DNA of 50,315 bases from an uncultured bacterium (GTDB lineage: Bacteria; Fidelibacterota; Marinisomatia; SCGC-AAA003-L08; TS1B11): assembly GCA_964595095.1 (NCBI GenBank), contig CAZQOY010000001.1:1-50315 (forward strand), given 5' to 3'. Under the pieces are notes generated by a model. That model worked only from the letters and a program-made list of their open reading frames with translations, had not been told where the DNA came from and did not search any database. Shown in pieces: positions 9,300 to 18,014 of the stretch; within the stretch, counting starts at the first letter, position 1, and every line of letters starts with the position of its first letter. The position numbers were made by a program, and so were the translations under genes.

Positions 9300-10361
9300 A
9301 TGAATAGATCACACCTGCTCACCAACGTTGCCGGGTTGGCCGTCGTGGCCGTCCTCATCATTGATTGTGGTTCCACCGGCAGGACGAGCACCACGGCGAA
9401 GGGTCAATCGTACCGCACTATCGGCCGCCTCGAGCGACTTGATCCGGCTATGGACCAGCTCGTGCCGCCGGGCGCCAAGTTGGAGGTACTGGCAGAGGGG
9501 TTCGACTGGTCGGAGGGGCCGGTCTGGATATCTCAGGGCAAGTACGTGTTGTTTTCGGACATTCCCGCCAACTCGATCTTCAAATGGAAGGAAGGCGAGG
9601 GCCATAGCCTTTACCTCAAGCCGGGGGGCTACACCGGGACCAAACCCCGGGGCGGGGAAATGGGCTCCAACGGCCTGTTGCTGGACCCCCAGGGCCGACT
9701 CGTGCTGTGTCAGCACGGTGATCGGCGCATAGCCCGGCTCGCCGCATCGCTCGACAATCCGGAGCCGGAGTTCATCACCCTGGCCGACCGTTACACGGGC
9801 AAGCGCTTCAATAGTCCCAACGACGCCACCTACCACAGCAGCGGCGATCTGTACTTCACCGATCCGCCCTACGGTCTGGAAAAAAACGTCAACGACCCGG
9901 CAAAGGAAATCGACTTCCAAGGCGTTTACCGTCTGTCCAAAGACGGCGAGGTGACGCTTTTGACCAGGGAACTGTCGCGCCCCAACGGCATCACCTTCTC
10001 ACCGGATGAGAAGACCCTGTATGTGGCTAACTCCGACCGGCAGCGCGCCATCTGGATGGCGTACGAGGTCCAGCCCGACGGCACCCTCGCCAACGGCCGC
10101 GTGTTCTTCGACGCTACAAAATTGGCAGGCCAACGTAGGGGGTCGCCGGACGGCATGACGGTCGACAAGCACGGCAACCTGTTTGCCACGGGGCCCGGCG
10201 GCGTGCTGGTCTTCGCCCCCGACGGCACGCACCTGGGCACCATCCAAACCGGTGAGGCCACCTCCAACTGCGCCTTCGGCGACGACGGCTCGACGCTGTA
10301 CATCACCGCCGACATGTACCTGCTGCGCATCAGGCTAAACACCACGGGTAAGGGGTTTTGA
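9300..10361 (+). CDS. SMP-30/gluconolactonase/LRE-family protein, secreted
   Basis: Motifs SEGPVW, NSPNDATYHSSGDLYFTDPPYG, PNGITFSPDEKTLYVANS and PDGMTVDKHGNLFATGPGG. The ATG at 9300 follows AGGAG and gives a signal-like N-terminus. Confidence 0.85.
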   Translation: MNRSHLLTNVAGLAVVAVLIIDCGSTGRTSTTAKGQSYRTIGRLERLDPAMDQLVPPGAKLEVLAEGFDWSEGPVWISQGKYVLFSDIPANSIFKWKEGEGHSLYLKPGGYTGTKPRGGEMGSNGLLLDPQGRLVLCQHGDRRIARLAASLDNPEPEFITLADRYTGKRFNSPNDATYHSSGDLYFTDPPYGLEKNVNDPAKEIDFQGVYRLSKDGEVTLLTRELSRPNGITFSPDEKTLYVANSDRQRAIWMAYEVQPDGTLANGRVFFDATKLAGQRRGSPDGMTVDKHGNLFATGPGGVLVFAPDGTHLGTIQTGEATSNCAFGDDGSTLYITADMYLLRIRLNTTGKGF

Positions 10362-10460
10362 CTCAGGCCTTACGCACAATCATATTTGTCCAGTAATCCC
10401 CACAGGTCTGCTGAAAGGCCTCGTGGACCTCGTGCTCCGTCTCTTCTGCCTCACGGGATG

Positions 10461-12674
10461 TTATCGTGATGATGCTTTTGGGATTTGCACTCGAATCAAA
10501 GTGTATGGCTGCAAATCAAGCACTAGACTATTATTCTGAATTTCGGCGAATGAGATGAACGGTTTTACCTTCTCCGGCTCCTCTAATGTGTTTGCCGCCC
10601 AGGGTACATCGGCCGAGAGCGTATGCAGCTCGGCCCGCCGTGAGGCATCAAAATCCTCAATGGAAATGGCTAATTGAATTGGCCCCGCAGTTCCCCGGTG
10701 GACGATAGAGATAAGCAGGTCGCCCTCGTTGGTCAGGGCGGCCAGGGCATCAACGGAACTGTACGTGTATTCCGAAACCACGTTACGGAGGTCCGGCAGT
10801 ACCAGGGGAGCTTGTTCCTTCAGTGATTCCAGTTCCATACCAACCGGCGTAGCTTCGGCGAAGCTGGCAAACATCGTCTGGGCATAGTGACAAGGCTCGG
10901 CATACACCCGTTCATGTCTTTTTCGCAGACCGCCGCCGTGATTGATGGTAGCCGAGTGAGTCACCATCTCAACAAACGGCGCCAGCCGAATCATGGCATG
11001 ATAGATCAGCACATTATACAGGGCCTCGGTAAGCGACTGGCTCCTGACGAGGTTTGCCCGGGTGAGTCGTTGGGGAGCATCGGGGCTGGCTGGACGACCA
11101 ATACGGGCGAACAGCTGCAGTTCGGTAACTGCCAGTCCCGGCTGCTGGATGCCTGCGTTTTTCATCTGCTGCTGGAGAGCCCCATACCTGTCTTCAAGCA
11201 CATTCGGCACGGCCATATAGTCCCGGTACACATCCAGCGGTTCCGCCTCGGGAGATACAGAACCTCCAATCAGCGGGTGAACGGTTATCCTTTTGAGCTC
11301 CGGCGCTGTTCCTCTAATCAATATACTGTTCCAGCTACCCCAGCCTTGATCCCAAATGATCGGCGCGCCGCAGGCGTAAAGCGTGATATTCGGATCGGCG
11401 GCCAGCATAGCTTTGGCGAAGTTCTGGTACCGATCTACATAGCCTGTGGCAGTCGTCCAATGAAACTGCCAGTCTCCCCACAGCTCGTTACCGATCTCCC
11501 AGTGACGCAGGTTGTAAGGTTCCGGATGGCCGTTGGCGGCGCGGAGTGCGCCCATCGGCGTATCGACCGAACCATTGCAGTACTCGACCCAGCGGGCGGC
11601 CTCATCGGGTGTGCCGCTGCCGGCATTGACGCAGATCATGGGGTCGCAGTCGACCGCACGACAGTAAGCGATAAACTCATCTGTGCCGAAGAGGTTTGTT
11701 TCCACACGGCCCCAGGCATAATTCGGCAGCATGGGTCGCGTCTCGGGGGATCCAATACCGTCTTCCCAATGATAGCTGCTCACGAAATTGCCACCAGGCC
11801 AGCGAAGAAGAGGTAGATGAGACTCTTTTAGAAAACGGATTACATCCGGGTCGGCTCCCCCGATGTGATCGGCCGGCCGCAGCAGAACCCGTTCGATTAC
11901 AAACTGCCCGGCCGCGTCGGCTTCGACCACGAACTTATACGCAGCGCCAGCCGGCAGGTCAGTGGGCACTTCCAGGGTTCCTCGCAGCGTCTCCCAGGCG
12001 TTTGAGAGGCCCCTGACCGTGATTTCAGTGCAGGGCGTTTCACTATTCGGTCCAGTGAGTGCAACCGATAGGGAGGAAAGGTCCGGTGAGCGGGCAATGA
12101 GCTCGAATTCATACCGTCTTACACGATGCAGGGGTAGATACGTCCACTGGGCGATTCCCTGCCCCGCAGCACTTACTTCTACGCGTTGTGCCCTTTGACC
12201 ATACTTCCCATTATCCGGGCTCACCCGAACAGCCTCGCGAGTACCCTCGCGGGTCCACCAGCACGCCATCCCATCTTCGTAGTCCTCGATCATGCGTTCA
12301 GTTTCATCGCCCGGCCAACCCCAATCGGATGCCTGACGACGAATCCTTGCGGCAATCTGCTCGAGGTCAAAATGGAACCTCACACCCCCGTCAGGGTTTG
12401 CCTCACCCGCACTGAAGCGATAATCGGCCAGGGTCGGGTTCACCAGAATCTGGGCATCCATGCCCTTGTAAATGTTGTACCCGAGGTGTTCACAGAACTT
12501 GCCGGTAATGTAACGGGGAATGGGATACGGTGAGCGCTCACCGACCCGAATTCGAAGCTTCGCTTGAGATGGGCTGACGGTCTCAGGGGGTGGGGGAGGA
12601 GGAGCCTCCCAAGCCAGGCATGAAAGCAAACTGATTAAGCAAGTGAATAACAATAAATATTTTGGTTTAATCAT
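10461..12674 (-). CDS. GH51-like alpha-L-arabinofuranosidase with N-terminal accessory domain
   Basis: LRWPGGNFVSSYHWEDGIG and HWEIGNELWGDWQ (GH51 acid/base region). The ATG at 12674 (MIKPKYLLLFTCLISLLSC) follows AGGAGA. Confidence 0.75.
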   Translation of the reverse strand: MIKPKYLLLFTCLISLLSCLAWEAPPPPPPETVSPSQAKLRIRVGERSPYPIPRYITGKFCEHLGYNIYKGMDAQILVNPTLADYRFSAGEANPDGGVRFHFDLEQIAARIRRQASDWGWPGDETERMIEDYEDGMACWWTREGTREAVRVSPDNGKYGQRAQRVEVSAAGQGIAQWTYLPLHRVRRYEFELIARSPDLSSLSVALTGPNSETPCTEITVRGLSNAWETLRGTLEVPTDLPAGAAYKFVVEADAAGQFVIERVLLRPADHIGGADPDVIRFLKESHLPLLRWPGGNFVSSYHWEDGIGSPETRPMLPNYAWGRVETNLFGTDEFIAYCRAVDCDPMICVNAGSGTPDEAARWVEYCNGSVDTPMGALRAANGHPEPYNLRHWEIGNELWGDWQFHWTTATGYVDRYQNFAKAMLAADPNITLYACGAPIIWDQGWGSWNSILIRGTAPELKRITVHPLIGGSVSPEAEPLDVYRDYMAVPNVLEDRYGALQQQMKNAGIQQPGLAVTELQLFARIGRPASPDAPQRLTRANLVRSQSLTEALYNVLIYHAMIRLAPFVEMVTHSATINHGGGLRKRHERVYAEPCHYAQTMFASFAEATPVGMELESLKEQAPLVLPDLRNVVSEYTYSSVDALAALTNEGDLLISIVHRGTAGPIQLAISIEDFDASRRAELHTLSADVPWAANTLEEPEKVKPFISFAEIQNNSLVLDLQPYTLIRVQIPKASSR

Positions 12675-13044
12675 CACCGGTCTCCTGTTCAAATAAGTTT
12701 GCTCTATTGATAATGTAATTAAAGTACTCCCTTCTGGCTGACGCCAGCAAGGTATGTGAAATAAATTATCCAATTAATATTAAAAGTCAAAGGCTTATAG
12801 TACTTTGTGAGAAGAAGAATGCAGTTGAACTTCCCCCATGTTTCAGGTCAATGGAAGGCCCCGCAGCACCCCCAGGGGCCTTCATGTTTCTAGCGGGAGT
12901 TGTTTCCGCTTCACTTCGCCGTCCCTGGCCGGCTGAATCACGGAGAGAAGCTACTCAAAAGGAGCATTTTTGATGCCCCGGTTTTGGAAAGTAACTAATA
13001 TGGACTGCAGCTGCACATATTTTAATCACTTTTTAACGTGCCTC

Positions 13045-13075
13045 TTTGCCAACCTTCAAATACTCACTAAGTTTG
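13045..13075 (+). promoter_or_regulatory. candidate ppdK promoter of Bacteroidota/FCB type (TTTG-N19-TAAGTTTG)
   Basis: TTTG at 13045-13048, a 19-nt spacer, then TAAGTTTG at 13068-13075 (consensus TAnnTTTG), about 30 nt upstream of the ppdK ATG. It can also be read as TTGCCA-N16-TAAGTT. Confidence 0.4.
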
Positions 13076-13104
13076 CGGGTCTTTTTTGAAGGGAGTTTAA
13101 GATA

Positions 13105-15819
13105 ATGAGCAAAAGCAAATACGTATACTTCTTCGGCGATGGCAAGGCCGAAGGTTCCGCCGAAATGAAAGAGCTGCTCGGTGGCAAGGGGGCCAACCTG
13201 GCCGAGATGGCCAGCATCGGCCTGCCGGTGCCCGCCGGGTTCACGATCTCAACGGAGGTGTGCACTTATTTCAACGCGCATGACCGGACCTTCCCCTCTA
13301 CTCTGGCCGCAGAGGTGGACGCCGCCATCAAGCGCACTGAGAAACTGATGGGGCGGAGCTTCGGTGATCCGAAAGATCCCCTGCTGGTTTCTGGCAGGTC
13401 CGGCGCTCGCGCATCCATGCCGGGCATGATGGAAACCGTGCTTAATATCGGGCTTACCTCTAAGACCCTGCCGGGACTGATCGCCCGTACCAATAACGAG
13501 CGCTTTGCCTGGGACTGCTACCGGCGGCTCATCACCATGTACAGCGATGTGGTTATGGAAAAGGGCGCCGGGATCAGCCCGCCCGAGGGCCAGGGCATTC
13601 GCCAGCAGCTGGACCGGCTGCTTGAAGACGTGAAAAAGAGGCAGGGATACAACTTCGACTATCAGCTCACAGTTGCCGATTTGCAGCAGCTCACCGATGC
13701 CTATAAAACCAGGATCAAGGAGGTCCTGGGGGAGATCTTCCCAGACGATCCCATGGAGCAGCTCTGGGGCGGCATCGGGGCAGTGTTCGCTTCGTGGGAC
13801 GGCAAGCGCGCCGTCTCCTACCGCCGGATCGAGGGCATCCCTGATGACTGGGGCACGGCCGTCAACGTCCAGGCGATGGTCTACGGCAACCTGGGCGAAA
13901 ACTCCGCCACCGGGGTAGGCTTTACCCGCAACCCAGCCACCGGTGAGGATGCCTTCTTCGGCGAGTGGCTGCCCAACGCCCAGGGCGAGGACGTAGTGGC
14001 CGGCACCCGCACCCCCAACCCCCTTAACGAAGCCAGCCGCAACGAAGGCAACACCCTGCCATCCCTGGAGAAGCTCACGCCTCAACTATACCAGGAACTG
14101 GCAGGCTACCGGGATACACTGGAAGACCATTACACCGATATGCAGGACCTCGAGTTCACCATTGAGGATAAAAAGCTCTACATGCTCCAGACCCGGACCG
14201 GTAAGCGGAACGGGATGGCGGCTCTGCGCATGGCGGTGGAAATGTGCCAGGATGGGCTGATCGACAAAACCACGGCCATCCAGCGGGTGAAGCCCTCCCA
14301 GCTGGACGAGCTGCTGCACCCCATGGTGGACCCGTTGGAGGAGCGCTCGCACCGGCCCCTGGCCAAGGGCCTGCCGGCCGGTCCCGGCGGTGCTGTCGGC
14401 AAGATCGTCCTTACCCCCGACCGGGCCGAGGCACAAGCCAAAGAAGGCGAAAAGGTTATTCTGGTACGCGCAGAGACCAGCCCCGAGGATGTGCACGGTA
14501 TGCACGCCGCCGAGGCGATCCTCACCTCACGGGGCGGCATGACCAGCCACGCCGCCCTGGTGGCCCGCGGCTGGGGCAAGTGCTGCATCGTCGGCTGCTC
14601 TGCCCTTGAGATCAACATGGACCAGGGTGAAGTCCGGGTGGACGGCACCGTCCTGCGCGAAGGGGACGTCATCACCCTCAACGGCACCAAGGGACTGGTC
14701 TACCAGGGAGAGCTGCCCCTTATCGCCATTGACCAGGCTAAAAACGAGCACCTCAAGACCTTCCTGGAATGGTGTGATGAGGTCCGCACTCTGGGCGTGA
14801 GAGCCAACGCCGACAGCCCGGAGGACGCGCAACAGGCCCGGAGTCTCGGCGCCGAAGGGATCGGTCTGACCCGCACCGAGCACATGTTCTTCGAGCCTGA
14901 GCGTATCAAGTTCATGCGCCAGATGATCTTGGCGGATAATCCCGAACAGCGTCGGCAGGCCATCATGCAGCTGCTCCCGTTCCAAAAGGACGACTTCCGC
15001 GGCATTCTGCTGGCCATGGAGGGCCTGCCGGTGACCATCCGCCTGCTGGATCCGCCCCTGCATGAGTTCGTCCCCCACGAGAAGGACCAGCAGGTCAGTT
15101 TGGCCGGTGAGATGGAGCGCACACCGGAAGAGATTCGCGCCAGGGTTGAAGCGCTGCATGAGTTCAATCCCATGCTGGGACATCGGGGCTGCCGGCTGGG
15201 TATCAGCTACCCTGAGATCACCGAGATGCAGGCCCGGGCCATCCTGGAGGCGGCGGCCGAGCTGGTCAAGGAGGGCAAAGACGCCCGCCCGGAGATCATG
15301 GTCCCCCTGGTGGGGCATTTCAAGGAACTGGTCCACCAGCGGAAGATTATTGAGAAAGTCTATGAGGAAGTGCGGCAGAACATAGGAGAGATCCCCCACC
15401 TCTCTATCGGCACCATGATCGAGGTCCCCCGGGGCGCCATCACCGCCGATGAGGTGGCCGAGGTGGCCGACTTCTTCAGCTTCGGCACCAACGACCTCAC
15501 CCAGATGGCCTGCGGCTTCTCCCGGGACGATTCCGGCACGTTCCTGCCCCACTACATTGACTCGGGCATTTACCCCGATGATCCCTTCCAGAGCCTGGAT
15601 CAGACCGGTGTCGGCGAGCTGGTACGGATAGCCGTCGAAAAGGGACGCCGAGTGAAGCCACATCTCAAGCTGGGCGTCTGCGGGGAGCACGGCGGCGATC
15701 CCGACTCGGTCCATTTCTTCCATAAGGTGGGCCTGGACTACGTGAGCTGCTCGCCGTTCAGGGTGCCGGTGGCCCGTTTGGCGGCGGCCCAGGCGGTGCT
15801 GGAGGAAGGGAGGGGATAG
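13105..15819 (+). CDS. ppdK: pyruvate, phosphate dikinase
   Basis: 904 aa. N-terminus GDGKAEGSAEMKELLGGKGANLAEM, phospho-His region TSRGGMTSHAALVARGWGKCCIVG, and PEP-utilising C-terminal domain (GLTRTEHMF, FFSFGTNDLTQ). Confidence 0.97.
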   Translation: MSKSKYVYFFGDGKAEGSAEMKELLGGKGANLAEMASIGLPVPAGFTISTEVCTYFNAHDRTFPSTLAAEVDAAIKRTEKLMGRSFGDPKDPLLVSGRSGARASMPGMMETVLNIGLTSKTLPGLIARTNNERFAWDCYRRLITMYSDVVMEKGAGISPPEGQGIRQQLDRLLEDVKKRQGYNFDYQLTVADLQQLTDAYKTRIKEVLGEIFPDDPMEQLWGGIGAVFASWDGKRAVSYRRIEGIPDDWGTAVNVQAMVYGNLGENSATGVGFTRNPATGEDAFFGEWLPNAQGEDVVAGTRTPNPLNEASRNEGNTLPSLEKLTPQLYQELAGYRDTLEDHYTDMQDLEFTIEDKKLYMLQTRTGKRNGMAALRMAVEMCQDGLIDKTTAIQRVKPSQLDELLHPMVDPLEERSHRPLAKGLPAGPGGAVGKIVLTPDRAEAQAKEGEKVILVRAETSPEDVHGMHAAEAILTSRGGMTSHAALVARGWGKCCIVGCSALEINMDQGEVRVDGTVLREGDVITLNGTKGLVYQGELPLIAIDQAKNEHLKTFLEWCDEVRTLGVRANADSPEDAQQARSLGAEGIGLTRTEHMFFEPERIKFMRQMILADNPEQRRQAIMQLLPFQKDDFRGILLAMEGLPVTIRLLDPPLHEFVPHEKDQQVSLAGEMERTPEEIRARVEALHEFNPMLGHRGCRLGISYPEITEMQARAILEAAAELVKEGKDARPEIMVPLVGHFKELVHQRKIIEKVYEEVRQNIGEIPHLSIGTMIEVPRGAITADEVAEVADFFSFGTNDLTQMACGFSRDDSGTFLPHYIDSGIYPDDPFQSLDQTGVGELVRIAVEKGRRVKPHLKLGVCGEHGGDPDSVHFFHKVGLDYVSCSPFRVPVARLAAAQAVLEEGRG

Positions 15820-15824
15820 CCGAG

Positions 15825-15857
15825 CTAGTAGGGGCCGACTCTGCGAGTCGCCCCTAG
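15825..15857 (+). terminator. imperfect hairpin downstream of ppdK
   Basis: CTAGTAGGGGCCGACTC-tgc-GAGTCGCCCCTAG starts 6 nt after the stop. There is no U-tract, so function is uncertain. Confidence 0.35.
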
Positions 15858-15983
15858 CACCAGGTTGATCGGGTGTAGCGGCTTGACGGCGGCCTGGTGG
15901 AATTTCACAGCTGGAAGTCAGGGGCTTAGACAGGCAAGTGCGAGAGGGAGCGCAGGGAAAATATATTAGGACGCACAATCAAT

Positions 15984-16538
15984 CTAGTGATGAGCAGGAA
16001 TTGCTTCTAGAGCAGGGACATGTTCCTCAAGTGTTGAGGTCTCTGGTACCTCAGTTAACAACTCCATAAGACGGTCCCACTTTCGCTTAAGATACTGCGC
16101 GGTTTCAATGGCTGCGAACAGATTCAATAGGGATATCTTCAACGTTGGATGACGATTTATGAAAAAGTACCCAAGAGCATAAATATATTTTTTGCGAATA
16201 TCTGCTAGAAATTTGTTAGAGGGCTTTTCCAGTTCGTGCTGTAAATACTCTCGCGCTGCAAGGAACCGGCGGTTTCGACGATAGGTTGCTGCAACAAAGA
16301 GTAGACGCCATAAATTAATATTCTTAAGATATCTTATGGTTTTCACAATAGAACTGTCTAAGTATTGGAATACCCAATTCTTCGGGTCGATTTCGCCTTT
16401 CAAGACAGCTTCTCGTAAATCGTCACGAAGTGCATAAAGAGCAAATTGGTGCTGCCGCACGATGGTATCGACACGCATCCTGCGCAGCCTATCAAGGAAA
16501 ATCAGCCCGAGAAGTGCAAATAACCAGAAGTATGCCAT
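15984..16538 (-). CDS. hypothetical N-terminally anchored helical protein (low-GC cassette, gene 2)
   Basis: 184 aa. N-terminal TM MAYFWLFALLGLIFL, then a helical K/R/L-rich body. No family recognised. Hand counts on two 60-nt lines gave about 30-45% G+C. Confidence 0.5.
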   Translation of the reverse strand: MAYFWLFALLGLIFLDRLRRMRVDTIVRQHQFALYALRDDLREAVLKGEIDPKNWVFQYLDSSIVKTIRYLKNINLWRLLFVAATYRRNRRFLAAREYLQHELEKPSNKFLADIRKKYIYALGYFFINRHPTLKISLLNLFAAIETAQYLKRKWDRLMELLTEVPETSTLEEHVPALEAIPAHH

Positions 16539-16567
16539 TGGTTAATCCCTCTTATGCGTTTTTATGC

Positions 16568-16972
16568 TTATGTGTGGTGTAGACCAATATCAATTTTACC
16601 TTCTTGATGATCACTCTTCCAGTCGGCAAGCCGCTTGATTTCATATTCTAGGACGCCAACTCTTTTCTTCCAGTGATAGCGTTGAGCTGCAAGCAACGCT
16701 GCAGCGATGATGCCGAGAATGATCAACGGATAAACCTCGGAAATTCCTACACCTAAAACATATTTCTCAATTATTGCTTGTTTTTGATCAGATGTCGCCC
16801 ATCGTTCAACGGATATGTACGCCAAGATTAGGAATGCTCCCGGCCAGCCAAATCTGTCAATGAGTACACTGAAAAGATCGATCACACCTGAAAGTAATTT
16901 TGAAAGATTCCCAGCTCTACGTCGACTCTTTCTTGATTTTTTTGGGGGGGTCTTAACTGAGGCTTGTCGCAC
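16568..16972 (-). CDS. hypothetical 2-TM protein with basic N-terminus (low-GC cassette, gene 1)
   Basis: 134 aa with a GTG start. N-terminus KTPPKKSRKSRRRAG. Two hydrophobic helices (WPGAFLILAYISV and VYPLIILGIIAAALLAA). No family recognised. Confidence 0.5.
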   Translation of the reverse strand: MRQASVKTPPKKSRKSRRRAGNLSKLLSGVIDLFSVLIDRFGWPGAFLILAYISVERWATSDQKQAIIEKYVLGVGISEVYPLIILGIIAAALLAAQRYHWKKRVGVLEYEIKRLADWKSDHQEGKIDIGLHHT

Positions 16973-17095
16973 TCCCTCTCTTTTTGTTGCTGGCGGTCAA
17001 TTTGAAGTCAACCGACTATTCATACGCTTTCAACTGCCAGGCTTTACTGTAGACGTTGCATTCAGATCTTACAGTATACAACGCGCAGAGCCGTC

Positions 17096-18013
17096 CTACT
17101 CCACCATCTCACCACTCAGGATATCGGCTATATTGATCTGGCCCGCGGCCTGCATCTTGCGGACCTGCTCCATGACCGACCGCCGGGCTTCGCCGACTTC
17201 CCGCTTGGAAAGGGCTTCCTCCACCGGTTCGTACATGGCCTGCTTCTTGTCCGGCAGTACCTTTATGGCCTGTTCCACCGTCTCCTCATCAATCCCTTTA
17301 ACGGCACGAGCGAGAACGTCCAGATCCATCACGTTAAGGACGTCCCTGAGAACCTCATCCGGCAGTTGGAAAATATCATCGAAGGTGAGGTAGAAACGCT
17401 TAACCTCCTTATACAGCTCCGGATTGTCCTGGCTGAGCTTATCCATGAACAGGTCGGCCTGCTCTAAGGGCATCCGGCCCAACATGTCGGCCAGTTTCTC
17501 GCCGCCGCCGCGCTCAAACTCCGACGCCTTGGGCAGGTAGCGCGCTTTTTCCTGTAGGTCAGCGGCAACGGTCGCTACGGCTTCCAGATTCAGGGCGTCG
17601 GTGTCGCCCAGCTCCATCAGGGCCTCGATCCGCTGATTGTGATCAAGGCGCTCGTAAATCTTCATCTGGCGCTCAGGACCCAACTGGGCCAGAACGATCC
17701 CCATGATCGCAGGGGGCTCCGCCAGTATCAAGTAACCGATTTGTTCATCAGACAGCTTATCCAGGAAAGCGAATGGTTTACGTGAATCGCCCTTGGATTC
17801 CCTGAACTTCTCCGTCAGGGAACTGAAATAGAACTCTTCCAGTACGGCTTTCTTGACCTTAAAGGGTACACCCGTCAGCTCCCTTGCCCGAACTCGAATC
17901 TTGCGCAGATCGGTATCACTGAGCTCCTTGAAAATGGTTACAGCCAGACCGTCACCCAGCACTTGGAACAGGATGGCGGACTTGTCTAGACCCGATAAAC
18001 CGGCATATTCCAT
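17096..18013 (-). CDS. fliG: FliG-family rotor/switch protein
   Basis: 305 aa. N-terminus LSGLDKSAILFQVLGDGLAVTIFKELSDTDLRKI. C-terminus FYLTFDDIFQLPDEVLRDVLNVMDLDVLARAVKGIDEETVEQAIKVLPDKKQAMYEPVEEAL...EARRSVMEQVRKMQAAGQI follows the FliG_M/FliG_C pattern. The ATG lies 1 nt after the upstream stop and GAGGAG lies inside the upstream gene. Confidence 0.75.
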   Translation of the reverse strand: MEYAGLSGLDKSAILFQVLGDGLAVTIFKELSDTDLRKIRVRARELTGVPFKVKKAVLEEFYFSSLTEKFRESKGDSRKPFAFLDKLSDEQIGYLILAEPPAIMGIVLAQLGPERQMKIYERLDHNQRIEALMELGDTDALNLEAVATVAADLQEKARYLPKASEFERGGGEKLADMLGRMPLEQADLFMDKLSQDNPELYKEVKRFYLTFDDIFQLPDEVLRDVLNVMDLDVLARAVKGIDEETVEQAIKVLPDKKQAMYEPVEEALSKREVGEARRSVMEQVRKMQAAGQINIADILSGEMVE

Positions 18014-18014
18014 G

